Source: Schmidtea polychroa (taxonomy: Eukaryota). Taken from it: 64,000 nucleotides of DNA. The translations under genes were made by a program, and so were the position numbers. The stretch lies in the NCBI GenBank assembly GCA_044892525.1, contig CM097888.1, forward strand, positions 71,362,001 through 71,426,000, read 5' to 3'. Shown one piece after another: positions 28,185-39,170 of this stretch; position 1 is the stretch's first letter; the number at the start of each line of letters is the position of its first letter. A model generated the notes under the pieces. It was given only the letters and a program-made list of their open reading frames with translations, made no database searches and had not been told where the DNA came from.

Positions 28185-29195
28185 CATTATAATAAGTTTG
28201 ATTAAATAATTATAAGAACAAGAATAAATTAACGACAAATAATTTAATTTCGTTGGGATTTCGTAAATTGTTGAGAAATAAAAGTTAAATGCAAGAAAAT
28301 TGTGTGAGAACAATTAAAAATTAAAATTCAACAAAATTCAAAAAATAAATTGAAGGACAAAAATAATTTAAAAATATAAAAAAGGAAACAGGTAGTGAAT
28401 GAAAATATAAACACAAATATATTAATTTTACATCGATGGGATCCTAGATAAAGTTATTCAAAAAATACAAACTATTTAATTAAGTAATTATTTAAGTAAT
28501 TGAAATTTTAATTGGCCCATAAATCAAATGTTCAAAAAACCAATTCCCGAAATTGACAAGCAGGATAGTAGCCTATCAAGCTAAAGTAAAATAATTTAAT
28601 TGTCTTATTTAGTTCTTGGTTTCTGGTGACTCAATAATAAAATTTGCTCCAAGAAAACGAAAAATATGGAATTTATTGATGAAGAGTGATATCTATATGA
28701 CTAACAAGGAATTTAGTAAAATTGCCATTACGGTCGAACAAATTTGTTCCCATATATCGTTAAATAATTTAGTGAAAAGTTTCGATATATTTTAAGAGAA
28801 GAGTCCTTTTTTATGAATTAATTATGTAAAATCAGATGCATAGTAGTTTGAGATGGCTTTCGATAGGGTCACCTACCTTTAGATCAAACCAAAAAAGGGT
28901 TTTTAGTACAATTGTGACTGTTGTAATTTGAAGATTAAACATTTGTTATTTCTGTGTTAACAGTAAATTTCAGTGTTGGGTCTTATTGTTATAATCAAAG
29001 ACACATAGAATCAGACATAATTGTTTTTCTATCGAGACTATTTAATAACCCAACAATTTAATTTATATCTAAAATAGTAGTTTTACAATAATAACCTTCC
29101 AAGTTGATCGCAATTCAGCAAGCAGAGTTTTGAATAATAAAATAAGATTTTTCGAATTATAAGATACATACAAATTTACATGTGTGCTGAAAATT

Positions 29196-29966
29196 CAATT
29201 TCTATAATAAATCAAATATACAAACAAGTGATAAAATACACCACCTGAAATATATATATTTATTTTTAAGAAAATGTTTGTTAAAATTATTGTTAAAAAA
29301 TCATTTAGATAATATTAAAAAATATTTTTTTAAATCTTTGATAAAATTGTAAATTATGGGTGATTTCGGTTTATAAATTTTTAAATTTTGATATTTATTT
29401 AATTATTTAATAAATTTAAAAATTAAATATAACTTAAAAATTTTTTTAATAAGTTTGTCGTTAAAATCCACATAAATAATTTAAAATGTAAAATTTCCAG
29501 AATTTCTTATAAAATCCTGACAATAATTTAAATTTGTATTTTTAAAATTTTGTATTTAAATTTTGTACTTGTCAATTTATTAAATGTATCCAAAAAGGGT
29601 AGAAAAAATAATTAAACATACAAACACAGTGAGTGCAATTTCTATAATAAATCAAATATACAAACAAGCGATAAAATACACCACCTGAAAACGATATTTT
29701 TAAAAAAATGTTTGTTAAAATTATTGTTAAAAAATCTTTTAGACGATATTAAAAAATATTTTTTCAAAATCTTTGATAAAATTGTAAATTATGGGTGATT
29801 TCGGTTTATAAATTTTTATATTTATTTAATTATTTAATAAATTTAAAACTTAAAAATAACTTAGATATTTTTGAAATAATTTTGTCGTTAAAATCCACTT
29901 AAATATTTTAAAATGTAAAATTTCCAGAATTTCTTATAAAATCCTGACAATAATTTAAATTTGTAT
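29196..29966 (+). repeat. Local direct duplication of ~340 bp (period ~440)
   Basis: CAATTTCTATAATAAATCAAATATACAAACAAG...AAATTTGTAT at 29196-29538 and 29636-29966. Confidence 0.85.
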
Positions 29967-30239
29967 GTAAAATCCTGCCAACAAACTCAATAAAGTTGTT
30001 ATCAAATGCGATGTAAACATTATTTCGTCTTCAATTTTCAAATAAAAAATATATTTTATAGAATGAGAGATCATTTCTCGATATTTTCATGCGACTTGTT
30101 TAAATATCATGAGAAAATTTCTTCATCAAGTCTAGATTTGAGTCCAATTATGAGTATATATACAGGGTTATGCATCTTTATATGCATCTTCATTCATCCT
30201 TATATGAACTTTTATTCATTTTTATATTGAAAATCCCAG

Positions 30240-30790
30240 TTTCATATTTAACGTTTATTGATGCAGAATAGTTACGATCACATAAACTTATTACTTCTTC
30301 CACATCCCATTTACTGAGGGCAACATCATCAATAACTACCCCGTCATATGCATGTTTCTCGAAGCCTATTTTATCGAAATCTTGACTTATCGTAACATGA
30401 AGAGGATCATCAAAGTGAGACAATGCAAAATCCATTTTGCCTTTCCCAGTTCCTCCCATCAGGATAATCATACGTTCATTGACATTTGATTTAGATAAAC
30501 GGAGTTCTGACACCAATTTTTCTTATGAGAGTTTGCTGTAGTTTATCGTGCATCTATAAAAATTGCAACGGTTTTTCCTCTTCAACGAGTTTTAGTCCTT
30601 CGCATACCGTTTTAGACATTAAGAATCGTACCCAAAATTCCTCATCTTGGGATGGTGGTACACCATGCGTGTATAACAGACCACTTAACACCGTAATTTC
30701 GGAATTGGTAACATATTGAAGATTTCTGGTCCACTCGAAGTTTAGGAACCCTTGCAGTAGAGTGTTCCTGCTAAGAATTTCAATTAAGTT
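30240..30790 (-). pseudogene. Endogenous CRESS-DNA (geminivirus-like) Rep remnant
   Basis: LLQGFLNF (motif II-like), KTVCEGLKLVEEEKPLQFL* (central domain), Walker A GGTGKGK, Walker B VVIDD, then W..EEVISLCD...INVKY; stop at 30554-30556 and frameshift in the A5 run near 30517. Confidence 0.6.
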
Positions 30791-33605
30791 TTATGTAGTT
30801 TGATCGAATTTACCCATTTCATATTGATTTCTTCTTTTAAAAATTACATTTTGTAATTGCGAAACATCTGGACAAGCTGCACAAGCTGTCTAACAACTTT
30901 TAGTTTCTCAGAGCTTGAATTTTTCTTGGTCATTATCAATTATGACCTACATAAGACGGTAACGAATTTTCATACCTTCAAAATTATTGATTATTCAATC
31001 AAATTTGAGTAATTTCTCCTTACTTAATTTGCGCTCGTGATGCATTCCTATTGTATTTATTAATCATTTCTATATCTATATGATTATTNNNNNNNNNNNN
31101 NNNNNNNNNNNNNNNNNNNNNNNNNNNNNNNNNNNNNNNNNNNNNNNNNNNNNNNNNNNNNNNNNNNNNNNNNNNNNNNNNNNNNNNNNNNNNNNNNNNN
31201 NNNNNNNNNNNNNNNNNNNNNNNNNNNNNNNNNNNNNNNNNNNNNNNNNNNNNNNNNNNNNNNNNNNNNNNNNNNNNNNNNNNNNNNNNNNNNNNNNNNN
31301 NNNNNNNNNNNNNNNNNNNNTTATTAAATTATATATTAAAACTATATTAAAACCTTATTGCACGACACAAAATGTTAATCGAAAACTTATTTTATTCCAG
31401 GATCAAAATATAATATTCAAATTCCTCTTGTTTGAATGATATGCTAGAGATGGCTCGGCTATATCAAATACTTAAGAAACAAATCTTACTATACTCAACT
31501 ATTTCAAAAATATCAAAATAATAAAATATGTTTATAAGAACTTTTTTTCAAATTTCACCACTGATTTCTTTTCAATTGACATTGTATTTATTATAAAGCT
31601 TGACTATGAATCAGTAAATATATCGATGTCTTTTAATATAAATATGTTTAGTATAAATTTTACAGTGACCCTTCTCAAAAACAAATTAATAATCCTGCAT
31701 TGAGAATTTTTTTTGTCCTATTTTTTTTGGAATTGAAGCGACCTCATTACTAATAAATGTCTAAGGTTTAAAAAATATAGAGATGGACAAAAGTTTTAAT
31801 TAAAATGAATTATATGAAAGAATTATAGTAATTATATGCAGTTAGTTCAAACTTCAAATGGATAACATTTTCAATATTTACATTTCGTTATTTATTCATT
31901 CAATGGACTCTGGACTCTTCAAATAAACAATGGAAATGTCAAATTAAACAATCGTTACATTAAATTTGTTTTTATAAAATTTGACTGCATTTAATTAGCA
32001 TTGGCCCATGTTAAATATATCAAGGTTTTATAGCAAATTTTATAGTAAATGCTTTAACTTAACATAGCAGATTTCGCAAACTCAAATGTCCCTAATCTGT
32101 TTTGTCCCGTGACCCCTTTAAAACGAATATTAATTCTTGAAAAATCAAAATGTAAGTGGAATGATTACTATTCATGTAGATAAACTGTAGTTTTAAAATT
32201 AAAATTAATAAAACACAATGCAAATATATGTAAAATCTCAAATTTCTCAAAACATACAAACAGAGGCAATGAAAATATTTCAATAATAACCCTTTATTTT
32301 TTAATATTTTAATTTCAACAATAACTAAAACAATATATCTAAATTTAAAACCTCTCCAAAAATATGGAGATTAGTTGATCAATTCCTTGAATTTATATAC
32401 TGATGAAATGAGTGAAGCAGTTCCATTTTTTATTATAAGAGATATTTAAAGATTTGCTTTTCAATAAATTAAAAAATTTAATAAGCTCTAGCAGCCAACC
32501 TTTGCGTGTTTTGTAGTTATATGTGAAAGTGTAACTATTATAATGCTAATTAATTTTAATAATTTAATTACTAATGCAAATTTCTCAAAAGAAAATTATT
32601 TAAATATCCTCAGATGAACAGGTTTTAAATTACAGTATTTTGATTTAAAATAAATATTTAAAACTAAATTAATGTTCTTACTCAATTTAATAATATATAA
32701 TGTAAATTTATTATTCAATATTGTTTATTAAAAATGTCTGAAGAAAATAAAATTTGGCCATTCGCAAAATAAAAATCTCAAAAAACAACTTTTGTCAATC
32801 TACCACTGTACTACATTTCAGTATTTATTGTTTCAACGACTTCAAATCATCTTTTACTTCAATAATTTCAACCTTTTAGGGATAAATTATAACATTCACA
32901 TATATTAGTAAGGATGTTAAAGTGATCTCGAAGGAAAGCGATGATCGTTCAAACAGGGCCGTAACAAGGGTGGTGCGAGCGGTGCAGTCGCACAGGACGC
33001 ACATCTAAAAGGGGCGCAAAATTGGAATGCAACATTTTTTTAATGTTACCAAAAAATAACAAAATATAAATAAAAGAAATTATCAAATGGCCTGCAAAAC
33101 GACGCCTTATCTAGCCTATCTTTAACATTGCTGATTGGACCGGTCCATTAGCGTGCATTCGTAGGTGTGTATTTTGTAAAATGTTAGTCCACAAAATGGG
33201 TTCCTGTCATTTTTTCAATTAGCAACAGAATTTTAAGAGTATTACTACCTGTTGGGCTGAATCGAAGGGTAGTTGAGAAATTAGGGCAAACTTAACTAAA
33301 ATAAAATAAAAAATAAAAACAAATAAATTGACAAACAAAATAGAATAAAACATAAGAAAAACAATAATTAGAAAATAGGAATTAAAACAAAAAATATAAA
33401 GATGAGAAAAAATTAAAATAGGACAATAGAATGGCGGAAAACAACGTAAAATATAGTAAATAATAAGAAAATTAAGGAAAATAAATAAAAACATAATTTT
33501 AATAAAGAAAGTAAGAAGAAATAACTCAAAAACAAGGAAAATAAATTAAATTAATAAAATTAAGCGGTACTCAATTCTAATTGGTCCGCGCAAACAAAAA
33601 ATTAA

Positions 33606-33711
33606 TATATAAGCAGGCATTAAAAACATAACAATTACTGTTAATCAACCACCTCAATAGGTAAGCGAAATTTAAACAAAAATACTGTTAATCAACCACC
33701 TCAATAGGTAA
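33606..33711 (+). promoter_or_regulatory. Putative TATA box plus a duplicated 29-bp motif, each copy ending in a splice donor
   Basis: TATATAA at 33606-33612; TACTGTTAATCAACCACCTCAATAGGTAA at 33636-33664 and 33683-33711; AG|GTAAG at 33661 and AG|GTAAA at 33708. Confidence 0.45.
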
Positions 33712-36082
33712 ATCTATTCTACGACAGAACAGAACTCCAGCAACTAACGCACGATAACTCACGAGGACAATCCCAAGATTCAAGAGATTTTTACAGAACT
33801 AGACGATATTCGAGCATTAACTGATTCGACATAGTACCCTTTTCGACTCAGCCCATACTTGTATCAATCATTCAGTAAGGATTTTTGATTGCTTATTTTG
33901 AATTTTTAAGTAATGCGTATAGTTTAATAATATTTTTAATTTAAAAAATGGTTTTTCTTTTCGTTTGATTTTCGAATGCTTTACTTAAATTAATAATTTG
34001 CTTAATAATAAATGATTTGCTCGTTAAGAATTATTGATCTTTTATGAATTAATTTGTATGAATTATTGGAGACTATTCAATTTTGCGAGAAACGTGGCGT
34101 TGAGATACTCTATGTCATGGTGTGAGGTGCCTTCGGGAGCTCCACCGGTGGACATAGGGTATTTCAATCACGCAGCTAGATTGGGCCGAAATGTGAGGGC
34201 TTCTTCACGGGTCCAATTGCTGAAGGTGCGACTAAAAGCTATAGGTAAATGGTGGCAGAAAATTGATAGTCATGTAGTGATTGAAAACAAAGATATATAA
34301 TAAAGGAATCGGAGAGTTTGGATGTATTCGCGCAGTGATTGAGGGTGTCGCACTATCGTCTTCAAATATCGTTTTTGCTAAACCTAAAAATCTCTCTATC
34401 ATCAATGTAGGTTGTGCGTCAAAAATTGTTCAAACCTTAATGAGGCTATCTGTGACATATCTTTGATGTTCATACCTTTCACTCAGAATCTGTTCCGACC
34501 AATTTTAGCCTATGACCTTTTGAACTATTATTCCGTTCACCTAAAAGTTCTCTTAAAGACATCGTTGCAAGGAAGCTCAAAGTAGATTGCTTCAGATAAT
34601 TATTGGAATTATTCCAAATGACTGTTTACGGATAAATTGTAGAACTACGTAAAATAATTTATTATAGATAATTGTTAGAACTTCATAAAACGAGTTTGTT
34701 CCAATTAAAATTTTGAATTACATAAAATAATTTACTTCAATTAATTTTTTTTTTTGAATTATATAAAAATATTTACCTATAATCAATTATCATAATTACA
34801 CGAACTATTGGCATCAAATAATTTAAAATGAAAAATGCAACCAATTCGAACCAAGAAAATATATTTCTTCAAGTTAGCCGATAATCTTGTTAAATACAAA
34901 ATTCCAGTATTACATGAGGTTGGCAATCCAGCAGAGATAGGAAAAAATCCTCCAGCACTTAGAGAGTAGATTGATAAACTAGGCTTGAGGAATTAGAGAC
35001 GAAAAATCCACCCTTGGAGCAAGCAGTATCCAACATTTGCAATATAGATAATTTTAATTTTTCCAATAATCCGGTGAGAATTAGTAAATCATCACCATAT
35101 GCCGTAGAATTGTGAGCGAATACGCGGTGGATAAAATTCTGAGAGAATGCCATCATGCAAACATTCAACGCCTGCATTGGTAGTATAATTAAGCGGGTGA
35201 AAGCGCACCTGGCATGCGTCACCAGTTGCAGACTTACCTAATAGCCAAGTACAGTAGACAAAGTCACACACGCATCTACTCATGAAAAATTAGATCGAAC
35301 ATGCCAATTAAACTACCGACAGCTATCAGATTTCACCGCTTCGGATTAAGAGTCAATCACTGGGCTGACATTACCTTATCTACCCAGCAGGTATGATCGA
35401 CTACTAGCTCACACTGATACCGTGCTCAGTTGTTATAAAGACACTAACATTTAATGATAAACTCGATCATAATTATGAGTATTCTCTCGTTATTATCTTA
35501 GCATGAATGGCACCGAAATTATTTCAATTTTTGACATAGTTATCATTAATATTAGTATCGAATATTGTTAAATAAATATTATGTAAACCAGGTAAAACAC
35601 ATACGTGAGTAATTAAAGAAAATGAATAAACAATTAAAAATTTAAATAACCTTCCGTTTGTCCTGTAGGAACTAATCAACAGGCATTATGGACCCCTTTT
35701 CCATAGATAGTCACTCGACCCCAATATATGATACACTCAGTAAAAGCACTCGTACGGGGGGAGAAGTCGACAATTTAAATCGATTCTCGGTAAACGTGAA
35801 ATAATGACTCCAAGCGGATTAAATAAATAATCAGTTTCATCGACATAGAATTTCTCTCACAAACAGTAATCTCTTCCTTTTCCTTGTGCGAAATCTGGGT
35901 TGATTGATTTATCTTCTTATAATTAAAGCCCCGAAAGGGTACGAGAATCCATCGCGTAGTAGAACTTGTCCTGACTGGTAAACCCTTATTTTTGTCTATG
36001 ATCAGTACAGTATGAATGTAGTCAGGTGGTGACGCTCCCGCTGATTTAATTATTTTCATTTTCTTTTTCACAGTCGCTCAAA

Positions 36083-36832
36083 ATGTTGCCAAATTCCAAG
36101 CCCGTTCTTCGACCTTGTTTTTCTTGCTCCGACAAGAATTCAATTATCAAAGAGCTCCAGGCCCAAATTGGCAAGCACAAAAGAAGGATAGATGAGTTAG
36201 AGGGGACATGGTTTAGTCCCACCCAGATGAAGGAGGCTCAGAAGAAGCTGCACCGAAGCGAGCACTGTAGAGACGCGTTGATTTCCGAGAGTCGGGCGCA
36301 GAGGAGCCTGATAAAAGAGCAGTCGGAGGCGCTGCACAAATTGTACGTCCAGGCCGCAACTACAAGGAAGATCGCGAAGATCCCGATTAACGAAGCCAGT
36401 AACCTTTTCCCAGCACATCATGATATCTCTGGCGGGTCTTCTCCTCCAGTCGGAAAGTCCTGCCATGGGTGCGTAGAGACCGAGCTCTCACCTAAAGGAC
36501 CAGAAATCATCTTTACCGGAACCAGTAAAGTGCTACCTGCGATAGCATCCACCTCAGCAGCACCCTCGACCAACCAAACAGCATCGAAGCCAAAGCGTCG
36601 ACAATTATCGAGAGCAGAACGAAAGAAAAAACAGCGGGAACGCATAACCGCCAAACAGAACCAGCAATCGTCGGATCATCCAATCAAAGTCATCAACCCC
36701 CCTGCAGCAATCGATTTAGCACCAGTGATCTCAGGGCGAATCATCTCCGCCGCTGGTGTTACCTGGGAGGAAAACGCCTCTGAGTTTTTCGATTTGGAAG
36801 ATCTATTGGCAGACTCGGAGTGGGAGAAATGA
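36083..36832 (+). CDS. LTR-encoded 249-aa protein (coiled coil, basic NLS-like stretch, acidic C-terminus), 5' LTR copy
   Basis: GC-elevated ORF; acceptor TTTTCTTTTTCACAG| 9 nt before the ATG; AATAAA at 36967-36972; identical copy in the 3' LTR. Confidence 0.75.
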   Translation: MLPNSKPVLRPCFSCSDKNSIIKELQAQIGKHKRRIDELEGTWFSPTQMKEAQKKLHRSEHCRDALISESRAQRSLIKEQSEALHKLYVQAATTRKIAKIPINEASNLFPAHHDISGGSSPPVGKSCHGCVETELSPKGPEIIFTGTSKVLPAIASTSAAPSTNQTASKPKRRQLSRAERKKKQRERITAKQNQQSSDHPIKVINPPAAIDLAPVISGRIISAAGVTWEENASEFFDLEDLLADSEWEK

Positions 36833-37049
36833 GAACTTCCCCGTAAAAAGTCTTCGTTCTCTGAATTGACCTGAACATTGTCTGATAACATTTTACCTTG
36901 TCTCTTTTCCCGTTGTCGTGAACTTTATTGTATAGGTGTTAGATATATTTGTGTGATAATCTTAATAATAAACCATTTTTGTCTGCATACGTTCTTTTTG
37001 TGTTCATCTTAAGACAGTTGAGTTGAAATTGGTAAATGGTATTGAGAGT

Positions 37050-37312
37050 CATAAAATTATGAGGAGCATTAGTCAGTTGGTAAACTCAGCTAGAAATATT
37101 GCGATGGGGCGACGGAATGAGTAGACGTAAGTCCTTCTATCGGCAGTCAGGGTTGGGAAGTCGAGGCCTCAGTAAGGAGTAGTCCGAAGGAGCTGGCTCA
37201 CCTGCTTACTGGCGTCTCGCCGGCATAGCACAGTTCCAACGTGAAGCAATTCACGGGTGCTATGTTGGAGTGTAAGTTATGTACGGGTCCCGCTCGGCGA
37301 TGACCAAATAAA
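37050..37312 (+). promoter_or_regulatory. Putative genomic-RNA promoter/R region with major splice donor and poly(A) signal
   Basis: CATAAAA at 37050; Inr-like TCAGTT at 37073-37078; ATG AGT AGA C|GTAAGT (ATG 37117, donor 37127); AATAAA at 37307-37312. Confidence 0.45.
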
Positions 37313-37403
37313 TGACGGGCGAAATCGAGGTGGGCATTCATCCTCTAGACTAAAGCTGCACTAGAAAGGGGTCATCCGAGTAGTGTACCCGCAACATAAT
37401 TTT

Positions 37404-37421
37404 TGGGGGCTCAGCCGGGAT
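37404..37421 (+). promoter_or_regulatory. Primer-binding site complementary to tRNA-Pro
   Basis: TGGGGGCTCAGCCGGGAT is a 16/18 match to the classical tRNA-Pro PBS TGGGGGCTCGTCCGGGAT; it lies 7 nt after the LTR end. Confidence 0.85.
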
Positions 37422-37721
37422 TTAGAGTGAAATTTCCATTGACTAGTGTAAACTGGATAAGGATGTTATTGAGTGAATTTCTGTCGAATAGAGTGAACTC
37501 ACCGGGGATCAGTGATTTCAATGGGTTAGCGAGTGCAAATTGACTAATGCTTATCGAATCTTATTATAAATCACGAATAGAAAATAATAAAATTAAAAAT
37601 ATAAATAAAGCAAATTTAATGATAGAGAAATAAGATAAAAGTAAAATAATGATAACGAGTTAGAAAAGAGAATGTTTGACGAAACGAAGTCATATATTAC
37701 TGAAACATTTTTTTTATAGAC

Positions 37722-38207
37722 ATGACGGAATTCGTAGACCAGATACAACAACTAATCAACTTCATAAACATCGAGAATGACTCCCTTAAAACGCTGACAC
37801 AAAAAAGAGAAAGAATTAACATCATACTACTTCAAGCAATCGGGCAAACACCAGTCGTCCCCAACCACATGTTATTAGCCACAGGACTAAGTCACCCAGA
37901 TGGGAAGGTAAACCCGGAAACCGTGTATCAATGGTATCAAGAGAGATTGAACCACCCAGCATTAAATCTTGATTATCAACGTATAAAAGATCCACTAAAT
38001 ACCATATCAGATACAATCGAGCGGAAAATACAAGAAAAACTGACTCTACTACGAACTTGTCGTGCTTGTAAACTTCGTCCTATTCGCGTACTGTTTTTGC
38101 CGTGTGGACACCTCAGTCACTGCGAAGAATGTGTGAACGATTTAAAACGATGTACGATATGTAGGCATGAAATAAAAGAAACTCATATGGTTTATTATGG
38201 TGAATAA
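37722..38207 (+). CDS. 161-aa protein with a C-terminal IAP/RNF34-type C3HC4 RING, no BIR
   Basis: CRACKLRPIRVLFLPCGHLSHCEECVNDLKRCTICRHEIKETHMVYY; acceptor TTTTTTTTATAG|acATG; AATAAA overlapping the stop. Confidence 0.85.
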   Translation: MTEFVDQIQQLINFINIENDSLKTLTQKRERINIILLQAIGQTPVVPNHMLLATGLSHPDGKVNPETVYQWYQERLNHPALNLDYQRIKDPLNTISDTIERKIQEKLTLLRTCRACKLRPIRVLFLPCGHLSHCEECVNDLKRCTICRHEIKETHMVYYGE

Positions 38208-38771
38208 AACTGTTACAGCTACAATGACATCTATGAACATCAAATTGATACTGACAATTGAATGAGAATGAATGTAATTGTTGTGTGAAATTTTATTAAA
38301 GTTTTAAATTTTATTTCTATGACGAATAAATTTTTGTTGTGAACTGAGTAATTTATGGCTTTTAATTTTATTTTATAACTTTGTTTTGGAATCAAACGAA
38401 AAGAAAACCGAAATAACGTGGAATTAGTCCCAATATAGGCTGTAAGGGTACAAACCGAGCCACCTTAGGGCGGTACGTTCTATCATACGATAAAACCGAT
38501 TGGGAGGAGATAACCGATCAACCTAAGTGAGGAGCGTAGGGCGGGGTACCATCGCAAATGATGAGAAGTTTCTGCGGCATGACTGATCACCATGCCAATG
38601 TAGAAATGGATCATCGCGATCGTCGTGCGTTTTGAGCAAGGGGGGAAAGGGGACACACTCCCGAGCGGTAAAGATTAAGTCAACAAATTAAAAATAGACA
38701 GAGAAAATGGTAATCTTGAGTAAAAGAAGAAAAGAGAGGTAGAAGCATGCAGAGTAAAGAATGTTAAAGCT

Positions 38772-39170
38772 GAGCTGTTGAATAGTGCCAGCCAGTCGTA
38801 AGATCGAGTTGTTGAATAGTCCAACCGATCAGAAGGAGGAAGATTGAGCTGTTGAATAGTGCCAGCCAGTCGTAAGATCGAGTTGTTGAATAGTCCAACC
38901 GATCAGAAGGAGGAAGATTGAGCTGTTGAATAGTGCCAGCCAGTCGTAAGATCGAGTTGTTGAATAGTCCAACCGATCAGAAGGAGGAAGATTGAGCTGT
39001 TGAATAGTGCCAGCCAGTCGTAAGATCGAGTTGTCGAATAGTCCAACCGATCAGAAGGAGGAAGATTGAGCTGTTGAATAGTGCCAGCCAGTCGTAAGAT
39101 CGAGTTGTCGAATAGTCCAACCGATCAGAAGGAGGAAGATTGAGCTGTTGAATAGTGCCAGCCAGTCGTA
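38772..39170 (+). repeat. 74-bp tandem repeat, 5.4 copies, in the element's leader
   Basis: Units start at 38772, 38846, 38920, 38994, 39068 and 39142 (partial); each unit has two related GAG(C/T)TGTTGAATAGT-led halves. Confidence 0.97.

Larger units (their letters stand above)
33250..37396 (+). repeat. 5' LTR (4147 bp)
   Basis: Begins TGTTGGGCTG, ends CCCGCAACA; every ORF-track entry recurs at +26192/+26191. Confidence 0.97.

Noticed and set aside
22094-31439. ORFs spanning N-runs (22094-22372, 25370-25607, 31080-31439)
   Set aside because: Artefacts of assembly gaps.
33219-33494. Very hydrophobic minus-strand ORF at the LTR start (also 59315-59686)
   Set aside because: It is the translation of an A-rich low-complexity tract and runs across the LTR boundary into different flanks in the two copies.
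37020-38660. Self-cleaving ribozyme or tRNA/snRNA gene in the GC-richer LTR end and leader
   Set aside because: No hammerhead core (CTGATGA...GAAA with stems) or tRNA cloverleaf found by eye; only short hairpins and an 8-bp palindrome (ATCGCGAT, 38613-38620).
38772-39170. 74-bp array as a CRISPR-like locus
   Set aside because: No unique spacers, no cas genes, eukaryotic context; it is a plain tandem repeat.
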